A stretch of DNA of 20,111 nt, from NCBI GenBank assembly GCA_022729255.1, contig JALDAG010000015.1:1-20111 (forward strand). The letters are read 5' to 3'. Shown one piece after another: positions 1 through 7,868 of the stretch. Numbering within the stretch: position 1 is the stretch's first letter; the number at the start of each line of letters is the position of its first letter. Made by a program: the position numbers and the translations under genes. The notes beneath the pieces were generated by a model. It made no database searches, was not told the DNA's origin, and worked only from the letters and a program-made list of their open reading frames with translations. The DNA is from Candidatus Nanohalarchaeota archaeon. Its GTDB lineage: Archaea > Nanohalarchaeota > Nanosalinia > Nanosalinales > Nanoanaerosalinaceae.

Positions 1-3000
1 GGAATTAAAGGCAAATCACTGATCCTAACAACTTTTCTGATACTAATTTTCGGTCTTGTCATCGGTGTTCTTCCCGGAGACGAAGTCGATGTTGCAGGTG
101 ATACTGTTTCTGTACAGTTGGAAGAAGGATCAAATTTGATCCCTGCCCTTGATGCAGATCTAAACGATATTTTGGATGCGGGCTGCGACATAGGGCGTTT
201 CAGTGACAGCACAGTAGAGGAGCCTTTCATGTACTTCGACAACACTGTTTATGATTATGTGGAGACCGATTCCTTGAGACATGAGGGAAAGGGTCTCTGG
301 GTTCCTGTTAGAAGCGGCTGCAGTTTTGAGGCAGAAACTTATGTCGCCGAACAGATGAACTTGGGGACAGGGAAAAATGTTTTGACCTTCTCTGCCGACA
401 TCGACATCGACTTATTTGAGATGAATGACTGTCAGTTGAGTTTTTTCAGGGGAGATATATCTTCAAGAGAAGAACCATTCGCAGTTTTCCAAGATGGCGA
501 ATTCATCGCAACTGATTCCGTAAGTGAATATACTCCTGTTTATATACCTATTGAAGATGGATGTACATTTGATTTGGACGCTGCTTTCTGGGATTTAGAG
601 GTATCCTCTGATGAAGGAGGTATTATAAGGGGAGAAGAAGCAGGCCGATTTGCAGAGGGAGAAAAAATTGTTTTGAAAGCGGTTCCTGAAGAAGGATATG
701 TTTTTGGTGGATGGGAACTTGAGGGAAGCTCTGAAAAATGTGATGCTGAGGAGAAAATTTGTGAATTCGAGATAGAGGAAGATACGTTTGTCAGATCAAG
801 TTTTGTTGAAGAAGATGAACCAATAGAACCTCCTTGGGATAGCGAAGTTGAGCTGAATGTTGATTCAGGAGATCTTGTCGAGGTAGTGGAACCAGGTGAG
901 GGAGAGTTTAGTTTTGAAGAGGGACAGGCTGTCGACCTTGTTGCAGAGTTTTCACCCGATTTAGAGCATGAACCAGAATTTTCTTGGATCGGTGATCTGG
1001 AGGCTGTGGAAGACCCTGATTCTCACGAAACAATGATCGTTATGTGGGATGATTATCATGTAAAAGCTGTATACGAGGGCGAAAAAATCGAAAGAGAAAC
1101 TTTCGAAGTATATATCTATTCAGGAGATTTTGTTGAGGTTGTTGAGCCCGGTGAAGGTTACCATGAATTTAAGGAAGGCGAAGTAGTTGAACTGGTAGCT
1201 GAAGTTTCTCCAGATCTCGAAACCGACAAAGGATTTTCATGGATAGGAGATATTAGAACATTAGAAGATTCTGAATCCTTGGAAACACAAGTAGAAGTAC
1301 AAAGAGAGATGGAAATCGGCGCTGATATAGATATGTTGGGAGATACTTCGTACAGGGACTGTATTGATGAAAATGGAGAGATAGCAGAGGCTGACGGCGA
1401 ATACATATGTAGGATTGAAGGTGACAGCTGCCCATCCGGATGGGAACAGTATGAGGAATGGTCAACAACAGAGTCTGATACCTGTACAAGTAGCAACTTC
1501 TTCTGTGGAAGTTCGTGTAGCACTGATAGCCATGAATGGGATAATGAACCCGTTGAAACTTGTACTTATCAGAGAACTAGGAGAGGGATTCTACCCACAT
1601 GTCGCACTGATACATGTGAAGCAGAACTTGTTGAAGTCGGCTGTATAAGAGGAGATGCTCCAGAAGAATATGAAGAGGAAACCTATGATCTTATGATTAA
1701 TGTGTATGGAAGAGGTACTACACAGCCTTCAGGTAGACGAAGACATAGTTTTGAAGAGGGTGAAGAAGTCGTAGTAACTGCTGAACCTGCCGAAGGATTT
1801 TTATTCGCTGGTTTTAGAGGAGACTGTCAAGGCACCGAGAATTGTACATTGGAGATGAATTATGACAAGAGAGTAACGGCAACATTTGAGAGAGACAGGG
1901 AGTGCGAGACTGATAGTGACTGTCAACACCTTTTATGCCCTCAGGCTGTAGGTATGGACACACCTATTTGCGATCCTGAGACCAATACATGTAAATGTGG
2001 AGATGGTGAAGAAGAAGAGGTAGTTGAGGAATACGGGCTCAATATTGATATAGAAGGAGAAGGTTCAACAGAACCCCCTGAAGGTTTCAATACATTTGAA
2101 GAAGGTGAATCTGTTGAATTAGTAGCTGAATCAGAAGATGGCTGGAAATTTGATAGATGGTCTGGAAGATGTTCTGGTAGTGACAAAGAATGCGAATTAA
2201 CTATGAACTCTGATAAAAACGTAACAGCACACTTCAAAGAAACAGAACTTATTGGAGAAGGTTCCTTTGATGATTGTGTGTCTGCTGAAGGTGAGGTAGT
2301 CGAGGTTGATGATGGATATATATGTAGGTTTGATAATAGTAGATGTCCGCACCCACGCATCAGCGATCATCAATGGGAACAGTACAAGGACTGGAGCTCA
2401 ACATCTTCTGACTACTGCAGCAGCAGTAACATACTTTGCGGGACTTCATGTAATACTGAAAGTCATGACTGGGCTAACGAACCAGTTGAAACTTGTACCT
2501 ATGAAAGAACAAGAAGCGGTATTAGCATAGGATGTACTGAAACTGTTTGTAGAGCTGATGTCGATCAGATAGGATGTATTATCACAGAGACTGATGAGGA
2601 GGATTATGACAACGACAATGACAACGACAACGACAATGACTACGAGAATGACAATGACAACGACAATGACTACGAGAATGACAATGACAACGACAATGAC
2701 TACGAGAATGACAATGACAACGACAATGATGATGAGGAAGAAAAAATATGTGAACCAGGAGAGACCAGAAGATGTAGTACAACTTGTACATACAGAGAGT
2801 GTGGAGGAGTCAACGACAATTCTTGCAGAAGACAGAGAGAAACAGTCAGAGGAGAGATGGAGTGTCGGGATGACGGTACTTGGGGATCATGTAGTGATAT
2901 AGGACGCTGCCCTGAGGACCAGTGCAGATTCAATTCTGATTGTAGATTTGATGATGATGAAGATGACGAATTCGAAGAATGCGTTGAAAACTGTGCTGAT

Positions 3001-3057
3001 GATCACTCATCACCTTGTTGGGGAGACACAGCATGCTGTGAGGACAGGTGTTCGTAA
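1..3057 (+). CDS. 5'-truncated large secreted or membrane-anchored surface protein: very acidic, cysteine-rich, modular. It contains InlB B-repeat-like domains, two copies of a ~100-aa Cys-rich module, a small Cys knot, an Asp/Asn repeat linker and a C-terminal Cys-rich domain.
   Basis: Frame 1 is open from nt 1 with no stop, so the track start at TTG 118 is not the real start and the gene begins upstream of the window. Nt 19-78 encode the hydrophobic LILTTFLILIFGLVIGVL signal/anchor followed by PGDEVD. Repeated motifs of the G..V.L.A.P..G..F.GW.G.C.G...C...M..D..V.A.F type (e.g. FEEGEEVVVTAEPAEGFLFAGFRGDCQG..CTLEMNYDKRVTATFE and FEEGESVELVAESEDGWKFDRWSGRCSGSDKECELTMNSDKNVTAHFKE) resemble the Listeria/archaeal InlB B-repeat fold. 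More than 55 Cys residues occur in spaced patterns. Glu+Asp content is extreme. The stop is TAA at 3055-3057. Confidence 0.8.
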   Translation, partial: GIKGKSLILTTFLILIFGLVIGVLPGDEVDVAGDTVSVQLEEGSNLIPALDADLNDILDAGCDIGRFSDSTVEEPFMYFDNTVYDYVETDSLRHEGKGLWVPVRSGCSFEAETYVAEQMNLGTGKNVLTFSADIDIDLFEMNDCQLSFFRGDISSREEPFAVFQDGEFIATDSVSEYTPVYIPIEDGCTFDLDAAFWDLEVSSDEGGIIRGEEAGRFAEGEKIVLKAVPEEGYVFGGWELEGSSEKCDAEEKICEFEIEEDTFVRSSFVEEDEPIEPPWDSEVELNVDSGDLVEVVEPGEGEFSFEEGQAVDLVAEFSPDLEHEPEFSWIGDLEAVEDPDSHETMIVMWDDYHVKAVYEGEKIERETFEVYIYSGDFVEVVEPGEGYHEFKEGEVVELVAEVSPDLETDKGFSWIGDIRTLEDSESLETQVEVQREMEIGADIDMLGDTSYRDCIDENGEIAEADGEYICRIEGDSCPSGWEQYEEWSTTESDTCTSSNFFCGSSCSTDSHEWDNEPVETCTYQRTRRGILPTCRTDTCEAELVEVGCIRGDAPEEYEEETYDLMINVYGRGTTQPSGRRRHSFEEGEEVVVTAEPAEGFLFAGFRGDCQGTENCTLEMNYDKRVTATFERDRECETDSDCQHLLCPQAVGMDTPICDPETNTCKCGDGEEEEVVEEYGLNIDIEGEGSTEPPEGFNTFEEGESVELVAESEDGWKFDRWSGRCSGSDKECELTMNSDKNVTAHFKETELIGEGSFDDCVSAEGEVVEVDDGYICRFDNSRCPHPRISDHQWEQYKDWSSTSSDYCSSSNILCGTSCNTESHDWANEPVETCTYERTRSGISIGCTETVCRADVDQIGCIITETDEEDYDNDNDNDNDNDYENDNDNDNDYENDNDNDNDYENDNDNDNDDEEEKICEPGETRRCSTTCTYRECGGVNDNSCRRQRETVRGEMECRDDGTWGSCSDIGRCPEDQCRFNSDCRFDDDEDDEFEECVENCADDHSSPCWGDTACCEDRCS
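871..1350 (+). repeat. Intragenic tandem duplication of a ~85-aa (255-nt) domain (VEVVEPGEG..F.EG..V.LVAE.SPDLE....FSWIGD...)
   Basis: Two adjacent copies (about 871-1125 and 1126-1350) are clearly alignable at protein level (LVEVVEPGEGEFSFEEGQAVDLVAEFSPDLEHEPEFSWIGDLEAVED vs FVEVVEPGEGYHEFKEGEVVELVAEVSPDLETDKGFSWIGDIRTLED). The DNA has diverged, so this is an old duplication. Confidence 0.7.
1357..1647 (+). repeat. Cys-rich module, copy 1 (DCIDENGE...W.QY..WS....D.C.SSN..CG.SC.T.SH.W.NEPVETCTY.RTR.GI...C....C.A.....GCI)
   Basis: About 97 aa with 10 Cys. Paralogous to 2269-2580. A conserved 45-nt stretch gaacc(c/a)gttgaaacttgtac(t/c)tat... is near-identical between the copies (1546-1590 vs 2479-2523). 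Confidence 0.7.
2269..2580 (+). repeat. Cys-rich module, copy 2
   Basis: DDCVSAEGEVVEVDDGYICRFDNSRCP...WEQYKDWSSTSSDYCSSSNILCGTSCNTESHDWANEPVETCTYERTRSGISIGCTETVCRADVDQIGCI aligns residue-for-residue with copy 1, including all Cys positions. Confidence 0.7.
2608..2727 (+). repeat. In-frame tandem repeat: three perfect 30-bp copies (gactacgagaatgacaatgacaacgacaat at 2638-2667, 2668-2697, 2698-2727) preceded by one degenerate copy (2608-2637). It encodes (DYENDNDNDN)n.
   Basis: Counted directly in the sequence. Unit length is a multiple of 3 and the copies are 100% identical. It sits as a low-complexity linker between Cys module 2 and the C-terminal Cys domain. Confidence 0.9.
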
Positions 3058-3069
3058 GAAAGAGCGAAA

Positions 3070-3117
3070 GTAGAAAGATAACAGGATTTTTCTACTTCTC
3101 AATATTTATTTTTTCGC
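3070..3117. terminator. Bidirectional terminator between convergent genes: hairpin GTAGAAA(3070-3076)/TTTCTAC(3089-3095) with a 12-nt loop, then T-tract 3107-3116
   Basis: The inverted repeat and oligo-T run are seen directly. They lie in the 48-bp gap between the stop of the + gene (3057) and the stop of the - gene (3106). Confidence 0.5.
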
Positions 3118-4614
3118 CATCCTGAAAAGCTTCTTAGCTTTTTCTATAATCCCTGAATCCCCGTGTTTTATATCAAGCATAGATTCTATACTGTTGTACA
3201 GTTTTTCAGTATAAGGAAACCAGTTCAGTTCATCATCTTTATTCCTATTTACCATTACCGATTTCGGCTCAACGAAAGACATCAAACCTTCAGGACCATG
3301 GTAACGTCCTATACCGCTTTTTTTAACTCCTCCAAATGGTGTGTAAGGATTACCGATGTTTTTAACGACGTCGTTTATGTAGCAGTTACCAGTCTTTAAC
3401 ATAGAAGCAATTTTTTTACCTTTTTCTACATCTTCTGTCCAAACACTGGAGTTCAAACCATAAACACTGTCATTAGCAAGTTCAACTGCTTCTTGAACAC
3501 CTTCAAACCCCATTACAGGTATTACCGGTCCAAAGGTTTCTTTTCTCATAACATCCATCTCGTTTGTCACCTGGTCAAGAACGATAGGTTTAAGGAAGTT
3601 GCCCTGATGTTCGAACTCGGTCAACATCTCAGCACCCTTAAAAACAGCGTCATCTACCTGATTTTTGATTAGCTCTATTTGCTCCTCCCTTATCATAGGG
3701 CCCATCTCTGAAGTTTTACTATCACCTATGTCGACCTTTTTAACTTCCTCAAGAAGTTTTTCAATAAATCTTTTCTTGATCGATCTCTCAACATAAACTC
3801 TTTCTGAAGAAACACAGATCTGACCACTATTTGCAAGAGAGCCGTAAACAACCCCTTTGACAGCTCTATCCAGATCAGCGTCCTCGAAAACTATGAAAGG
3901 ATCTTTACCACCTAGCTCTAATTCCACATCAATTAGGTTTTCAGAAGCCTTTTTCATGACTTCTTTACCCGTTTCAACTCCTCCAGTGAAAAATATCTTG
4001 TCAGGCTTGTTCTCTATAATTTTTTCCCCTACTTCTCCGCCTCCATGAACCACTTGGAAAACGTTTTGCGGAAAACCGGCTTTATCTATAAGTTCTTCAA
4101 TCTTCTTACCTGTCAAAGGAGTAATTTCAGAGGTTTTCAGTATCACAGTGTTTCCAGCAACAAGCGCTGTGATCGAAGGTATCAGAGATATCTGGAAAGG
4201 GTAATTCCAAGGAGATATCACGGATACCACACCGTAGGGCTGGTATTCAACGTATGAATAATTTTTACTAAACTCTATAGGAGTTCTCCTTTTCTCTTTT
4301 TTCAGTATCTTTTCTGAATTATTCTCGTAATACTTTATGAAATCTAAAGTGGTCATTATTTCCGCCATCAGTATTTCTACGTCTGGTTTACCTGTATCGG
4401 ATTTCAAAGTGTGTAAGATGTCGTCCAGATTGTTTAAAACAGTTTTTCTGAATTCCTTGAGAAAAAAACATCTATCAGCTATGTCAAGGTTTTTCCACTC
4501 TTTAAGAGATGTCCTAGCAAGAAAAAACTTTTTTTCTATTTCTTGGTCGGTCGAAACTTTAACAGAACCTTTTTTTTCATTGTCCACGGGGTCGAATGCA
4601 TGGAGATCTTTCAT
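3106..4614 (-). CDS. NAD(P)-dependent aldehyde dehydrogenase (ALDH superfamily)
   Basis: 502 aa. ELGGKDP glutamate-active-site motif, catalytic Cys context GQICVSSERVYV, and Rossmann FTGGVETGKEVM. Typical ALDH length. Confidence 0.85.
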   Translation of the reverse strand: MKDLHAFDPVDNEKKGSVKVSTDQEIEKKFFLARTSLKEWKNLDIADRCFFLKEFRKTVLNNLDDILHTLKSDTGKPDVEILMAEIMTTLDFIKYYENNSEKILKKEKRRTPIEFSKNYSYVEYQPYGVVSVISPWNYPFQISLIPSITALVAGNTVILKTSEITPLTGKKIEELIDKAGFPQNVFQVVHGGGEVGEKIIENKPDKIFFTGGVETGKEVMKKASENLIDVELELGGKDPFIVFEDADLDRAVKGVVYGSLANSGQICVSSERVYVERSIKKRFIEKLLEEVKKVDIGDSKTSEMGPMIREEQIELIKNQVDDAVFKGAEMLTEFEHQGNFLKPIVLDQVTNEMDVMRKETFGPVIPVMGFEGVQEAVELANDSVYGLNSSVWTEDVEKGKKIASMLKTGNCYINDVVKNIGNPYTPFGGVKKSGIGRYHGPEGLMSFVEPKSVMVNRNKDDELNWFPYTEKLYNSIESMLDIKHGDSGIIEKAKKLFRMAKK

Positions 4615-4694
4615 ACATATTTTTTTGTTGTTTGTCGTTTATCAGAATAACCTATAATAAAAAATTATTTATTATTTAAAAAAGGATTATTTTT
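4615..4694. promoter_or_regulatory. 80-bp AT-rich divergent promoter region shared by ALDH (-) and ydbS-like (+). It carries the TATA-like tatttaaaaaa about 15-25 bp upstream of ATG 4695, and an AAGGA 12 nt upstream.
   Basis: AT-rich boxes are seen directly and no ORFs are present. Function is inferred. Confidence 0.4.
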
Positions 4695-5156
4695 ATGGAG
4701 AAACTCAACTCAAGGATAAAAAAACTTTGGATATCTCTTGGTTTGTTTTCAGGACTGTTAATAGGTGTTTTACCAGCAATCTACACATATTTTTACTTGG
4801 AAAATTTACTTTTATCGTTAATCAGCATCTCTTTATTTCCCATAATCTTTATCTGGTATGCCGTGAAGAGATTTGCGAACTGGAGATTCGATGTAAGAGA
4901 GGATCATATAGAGATAAAAAAAGGAGTATTCATCATCGTTTCGATATATGCACCCTACGTAAGAATCCAGCACATAGATACAGTGAGAAATCCTGTTTCA
5001 AGAATACTTGGTTTAAGCTCTCTTAGGATTTATACCGCTGGTTCGAAAGGAGCTGATTTAACTATACCCGGCCTTGATAAGGAAAAAGCTGAATACATAC
5101 AGGAACAGCTTAAACAAAAAGCTATCCAGTCCGAGAAAGGTTTTGATGCTGTATGA
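4695..5156 (+). CDS. ydbS: YdbS-like membrane protein with bacterial PH (bPH_2/DUF304) domain
   Basis: 153 aa. Two N-terminal TM helices are followed by the ...RIQHIDTVRNPVSRILGLSSLRIYTAG... signature typical of bPH_2. Its stop overlaps the next gene's start (ATGA at 5153-5156), as in Bacillus ydbST. Confidence 0.7.
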   Translation: MEKLNSRIKKLWISLGLFSGLLIGVLPAIYTYFYLENLLLSLISISLFPIIFIWYAVKRFANWRFDVREDHIEIKKGVFIIVSIYAPYVRIQHIDTVRNPVSRILGLSSLRIYTAGSKGADLTIPGLDKEKAEYIQEQLKQKAIQSEKGFDAV

Positions 5157-6559
5157 AATTATCCAAGAAAACAATAGTTTACAGAGGTATATCTAATACA
5201 GGAGGCGTACTGGTTTTTCTATTATTTGGCGGTATTTTCAATCCTTTGATACTTTTCCTTGGTTTTATACCATTATCATTAGTTGCGTTCGGCTACATGT
5301 ACGTTTACTGGAAGAACTATGACATATTTTTTGAGGATCACGATATAAAGATTGTTTCAGGTGTTTTCTCAAAGAAAGATCTTGATATACCGGTTAGAAG
5401 AATTCAGAACATCAATATCAAGGAAAATATTTTGCTCAGGATCCTTGAAATCTCCGAGGTACATATCGAGACAGCTGGCGGTAGCGAAACCGAAGCAACC
5501 ATAAAGTTCTTGGAGAAAGAAGACGCAGAAAAATTGAGAGAGAAAATAAGGAATCTCAAGAGCAGAAGGAAAAAAGAAACTGAAGAAGAAGCTCAGAAAG
5601 ACGAAGAAGAGTACGCACTAACTTTTAAAAAACTCTTGGTATACAGCTTGATAGATTCGATCTCGATAAAGTTGTTGTTGCCTCTCTTAATTTTTATCGG
5701 AGGTTTCATATTTGCAAATTATTATTTAGAAGTCTTTTTACATATAATAGGAGCATTTTTTGGACTGCTTGTCATTGCATTGTTGATACTAGGATTAGAG
5801 ATGATATCAACCGGTGTAAAAGTTTTTGAGAATTATTATGGTTTCAAGGTAGTTAGAAAAAATGATTCTCTTGAATACGAGAAAGGTCTTTTTAATCGGC
5901 AGGGAGGAACAGTACCTATTGAAAAGTTACAGAAACTTGTTATAGAGGAAAACATAGTTGAAAGGATACTGGGTTATGCTACTTTAAAAGTTGAGACAGC
6001 AGGAGCAAGCATAGCTGAGAAAGTATCTACCACAAAAGTTATCGTGCCATTGGATAAAAAAGAAGAGGTAATAAAAACAGCGGAAAAAATAGGAGAGTTC
6101 GAATATCCGGTTAAAATGGAAGAAGTGGCCGAAAGAGCGGAGGAAAGATACTTCAGAAGATATCTATTGATCGGACTGACTGTTTTCTTAATCTTAGTAC
6201 CGTTTGCATTGACTATACTGAACCCGATGGTGTTTTTGATACCTTTAACTATAGCTATGATCAGTAAAAAAGCCTCCAACCTGAAATGGATTAACCAGAG
6301 GTACTTTCTTGGCGAGGAAAACATCTTTGTAAGGAAAGGGTTCTGGAGACGTAGAACCTATGCAGTACCTTATTTCAGGTTCCAGAACTTTATAGAATCT
6401 CAGACAGTTCTCCAAAAAAGATGGGATCTCTCAAAAATTACTGTTGATACGGCTGGTGATCTCTGGATTAACCCGGAAATAATTGATTTGGACAAGGAGT
6501 CTAGCGGAGAACTCATCCAAGAACTTTTTGACAGATTCAACAGAAGCATCTGCAACTAG
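5153..6559 (+). CDS. ydbT: YdbT-like membrane protein with three bPH_2 domains
   Basis: 468 aa. Repeated TM pairs each precede a PH-like segment ending in ...TAG motifs (EVHIETAGGSE, LKVETAGASIAE, KITVDTAGDLW). The 4-nt overlap with the upstream gene indicates translational coupling. Confidence 0.7.
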   Translation: MKLSKKTIVYRGISNTGGVLVFLLFGGIFNPLILFLGFIPLSLVAFGYMYVYWKNYDIFFEDHDIKIVSGVFSKKDLDIPVRRIQNINIKENILLRILEISEVHIETAGGSETEATIKFLEKEDAEKLREKIRNLKSRRKKETEEEAQKDEEEYALTFKKLLVYSLIDSISIKLLLPLLIFIGGFIFANYYLEVFLHIIGAFFGLLVIALLILGLEMISTGVKVFENYYGFKVVRKNDSLEYEKGLFNRQGGTVPIEKLQKLVIEENIVERILGYATLKVETAGASIAEKVSTTKVIVPLDKKEEVIKTAEKIGEFEYPVKMEEVAERAEERYFRRYLLIGLTVFLILVPFALTILNPMVFLIPLTIAMISKKASNLKWINQRYFLGEENIFVRKGFWRRRTYAVPYFRFQNFIESQTVLQKRWDLSKITVDTAGDLWINPEIIDLDKESSGELIQELFDRFNRSICN

Positions 6560-6613
6560 TTTTTATTCCACCACCACTCTTTTAAATTCATACTTCGATT
6601 CTTTAACAATAAT

Positions 6614-7555
6614 ATGAACAATCTAGAAAAAGGTCTCAACTACCAGGAAGCTCTCAGGTTTTCCGAACTGGTTCACCGAGATTTTTTCGATGAAAAAGGA
6701 TTCCCATTTGTTGGACACCCGGTCACCGTGGCTAGAAATATTTGTTCGGACGGTTATAATAAAAAAGAAGTTATCTCAGGATTTCTTCATGACGCAGTTA
6801 AGCATGATTACTATCTTATAGATGAGATAAAGGAAAAATTTGGTGAGGATATCGCTGAAACGGTTTACAGGAATAACAGCCCTATACCCTTTAATAAAGG
6901 GGATAGTGCAATAATTATAGATCGTTACGAGGAAGAAGACCTCAAAAAATTTGATATATCCGGTGAAATGCTTAGAAAAGGTTCTAAAAACGTTCAAAAA
7001 GCTTTAAAGGATTCTATAAATTTCCATAAAGGCCAGTTCAGAAAGTTGAAGAAAATTCCTTATGTCACTCATCCTATAGGTGTGGCTAGAAACCTTTCAC
7101 ATTATGGGTGCGGAGAGGACCTGGTAACAGCAGGGCTATTCCACGATGTTTTGGAGATGACGGATAAACAGTATGAAGATATAAAGGATGGTTACGGTAA
7201 AAAAGTTGCTGATATAGTTGGAGAGTTAACTGATGACCCGCAGGATTCTTGGGAGGATCGGAAGATTAAAAATATAGAAAATTTTTACCGATGCTCAAGA
7301 AGCGTCAGACTAGTTGGTATGGCTGATAAGCTTGACAACCTTGAATCGATGCAGAGAGATTACAAAAGGCTTGGTGAGGATACATGGGAAAAATTCAATA
7401 GACCTAAAGAGTTTCACGCATGGTACTTCGGAAGTCTAAAAGAAGCTTTCTCTAATTTTAAGAATTTAGAACCTGAAAAACACATGTTTGAAAGGTTTGA
7501 CACCATTTTTGAAGAAGTATTTGAGGATTATGAGAAACTCAAAGAGATAATCTGA
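6614..7555 (+). CDS. Tandem HD-domain protein, RelA/SpoT-type (p)ppGpp-hydrolase-like (HD_4)
   Basis: Two repeats of H-P..VA......G.....-AG-LHD..E-T (VGHPVTVARNICSDGY..SGFLHDAVKHD and VTHPIGVARNLSHYGCGEDLVTAGLFHDVLEMTD). The downstream ADKLDNLESM resembles the SpoT ADRLHNM helix. TATA-like ctcttttaaattc lies about 25-35 bp upstream. Confidence 0.6.
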   Translation: MNNLEKGLNYQEALRFSELVHRDFFDEKGFPFVGHPVTVARNICSDGYNKKEVISGFLHDAVKHDYYLIDEIKEKFGEDIAETVYRNNSPIPFNKGDSAIIIDRYEEEDLKKFDISGEMLRKGSKNVQKALKDSINFHKGQFRKLKKIPYVTHPIGVARNLSHYGCGEDLVTAGLFHDVLEMTDKQYEDIKDGYGKKVADIVGELTDDPQDSWEDRKIKNIENFYRCSRSVRLVGMADKLDNLESMQRDYKRLGEDTWEKFNRPKEFHAWYFGSLKEAFSNFKNLEPEKHMFERFDTIFEEVFEDYEKLKEII

Positions 7556-7660
7556 AAACTTAATAATGACCTTATTTGTCGTGTTTTAGATAAACATTAG
7601 AAAAATAAAAAATCTGGGAAACATTCTTTCAGCCTCCCACTTTTTAAACATCCTGTTGGA

Positions 7661-7852
7661 TTACAGAACCTTTACGTTAACAGCTCTTGGTCCTTTGTCT
7701 CCCTGTTCTGTCTCGAACTCGACTTCATCTCCTTCGTTCAGAGTTTCGCCGTCTACGTCACTAATGTGGACGAAAACGTCGTCTTCCTGATCTTCAGGAT
7801 TGATGAATCCATAGTTCTTAACATCGTGGAAGAACTTTACTTCACCTTTCAT
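7661..7852 (-). CDS. cspA: Cold-shock protein (CspA family, S1-like OB fold)
   Basis: 63 aa. MKGEVKFFHDVKNYGFINPE...VFVHISDV matches the RNP1/RNP2 motifs (KGFGFI / VFVHF) of CspA-family proteins. Confidence 0.85.
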   Translation of the reverse strand: MKGEVKFFHDVKNYGFINPEDQEDDVFVHISDVDGETLNEGDEVEFETEQGDKGPRAVNVKVL

Positions 7853-7861
7853 AAAAACTAC

Positions 7862-7868
7862 ACCTCCG
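7862..7868 (-). promoter_or_regulatory. Strong Shine-Dalgarno GGAGGTG, 8 nt upstream of the csp ATG
   Basis: Reverse complement of cacctcc at 7861-7867/7862-7868; spacer is tagttttt. The TATA-like ctttataa at 7895-7903 lies about 45 bp upstream of the ATG. Confidence 0.6.

Noticed and set aside
118-120. TTG at 118 given as start of the first ORF
   Set aside because: Frame is open back to nt 1 and the preceding 39 codons encode a hydrophobic signal/anchor, so the gene starts upstream of the window.
1158-2360. Antisense ORFs inside the large gene (1158-1523 -, 1253-1489 -, 1415-1648 +, 1941-2360 -, 2306-2530 +)
   Set aside because: Ser/Thr/Pro-rich or low-complexity translations are typical of the reverse strand of GAA/GAT-rich acidic coding sequence. 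No start or promoter context. They are entirely nested in a well-supported CDS.
2582-2902. ORFs 2582-2791 (-) (HCRCHC...) and 2594-2902 (+) (MTTTMTTT...)
   Set aside because: Products of reading the 30-bp DN tandem repeat in the wrong frame or strand. The repetitive translation mirrors the DNA repeat, so it is not protein evidence.
3163-4657. Plus-strand ORFs inside the ALDH gene (3163-3399, 3857-4048, 4045-4257, 4337-4657)
   Set aside because: Antisense to a high-confidence ALDH CDS. Low-complexity translations.
4727-5026. 99-aa ORF overlapping ydbS in another frame
   Set aside because: Fully nested inside a CDS with clear bPH_2 homology. No signal of its own.
5974-6324. 116-aa minus-strand ORF inside ydbT-like gene
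   Set aside because: Nested antisense ORF, hydrophobic mirror of a TM-rich coding region.
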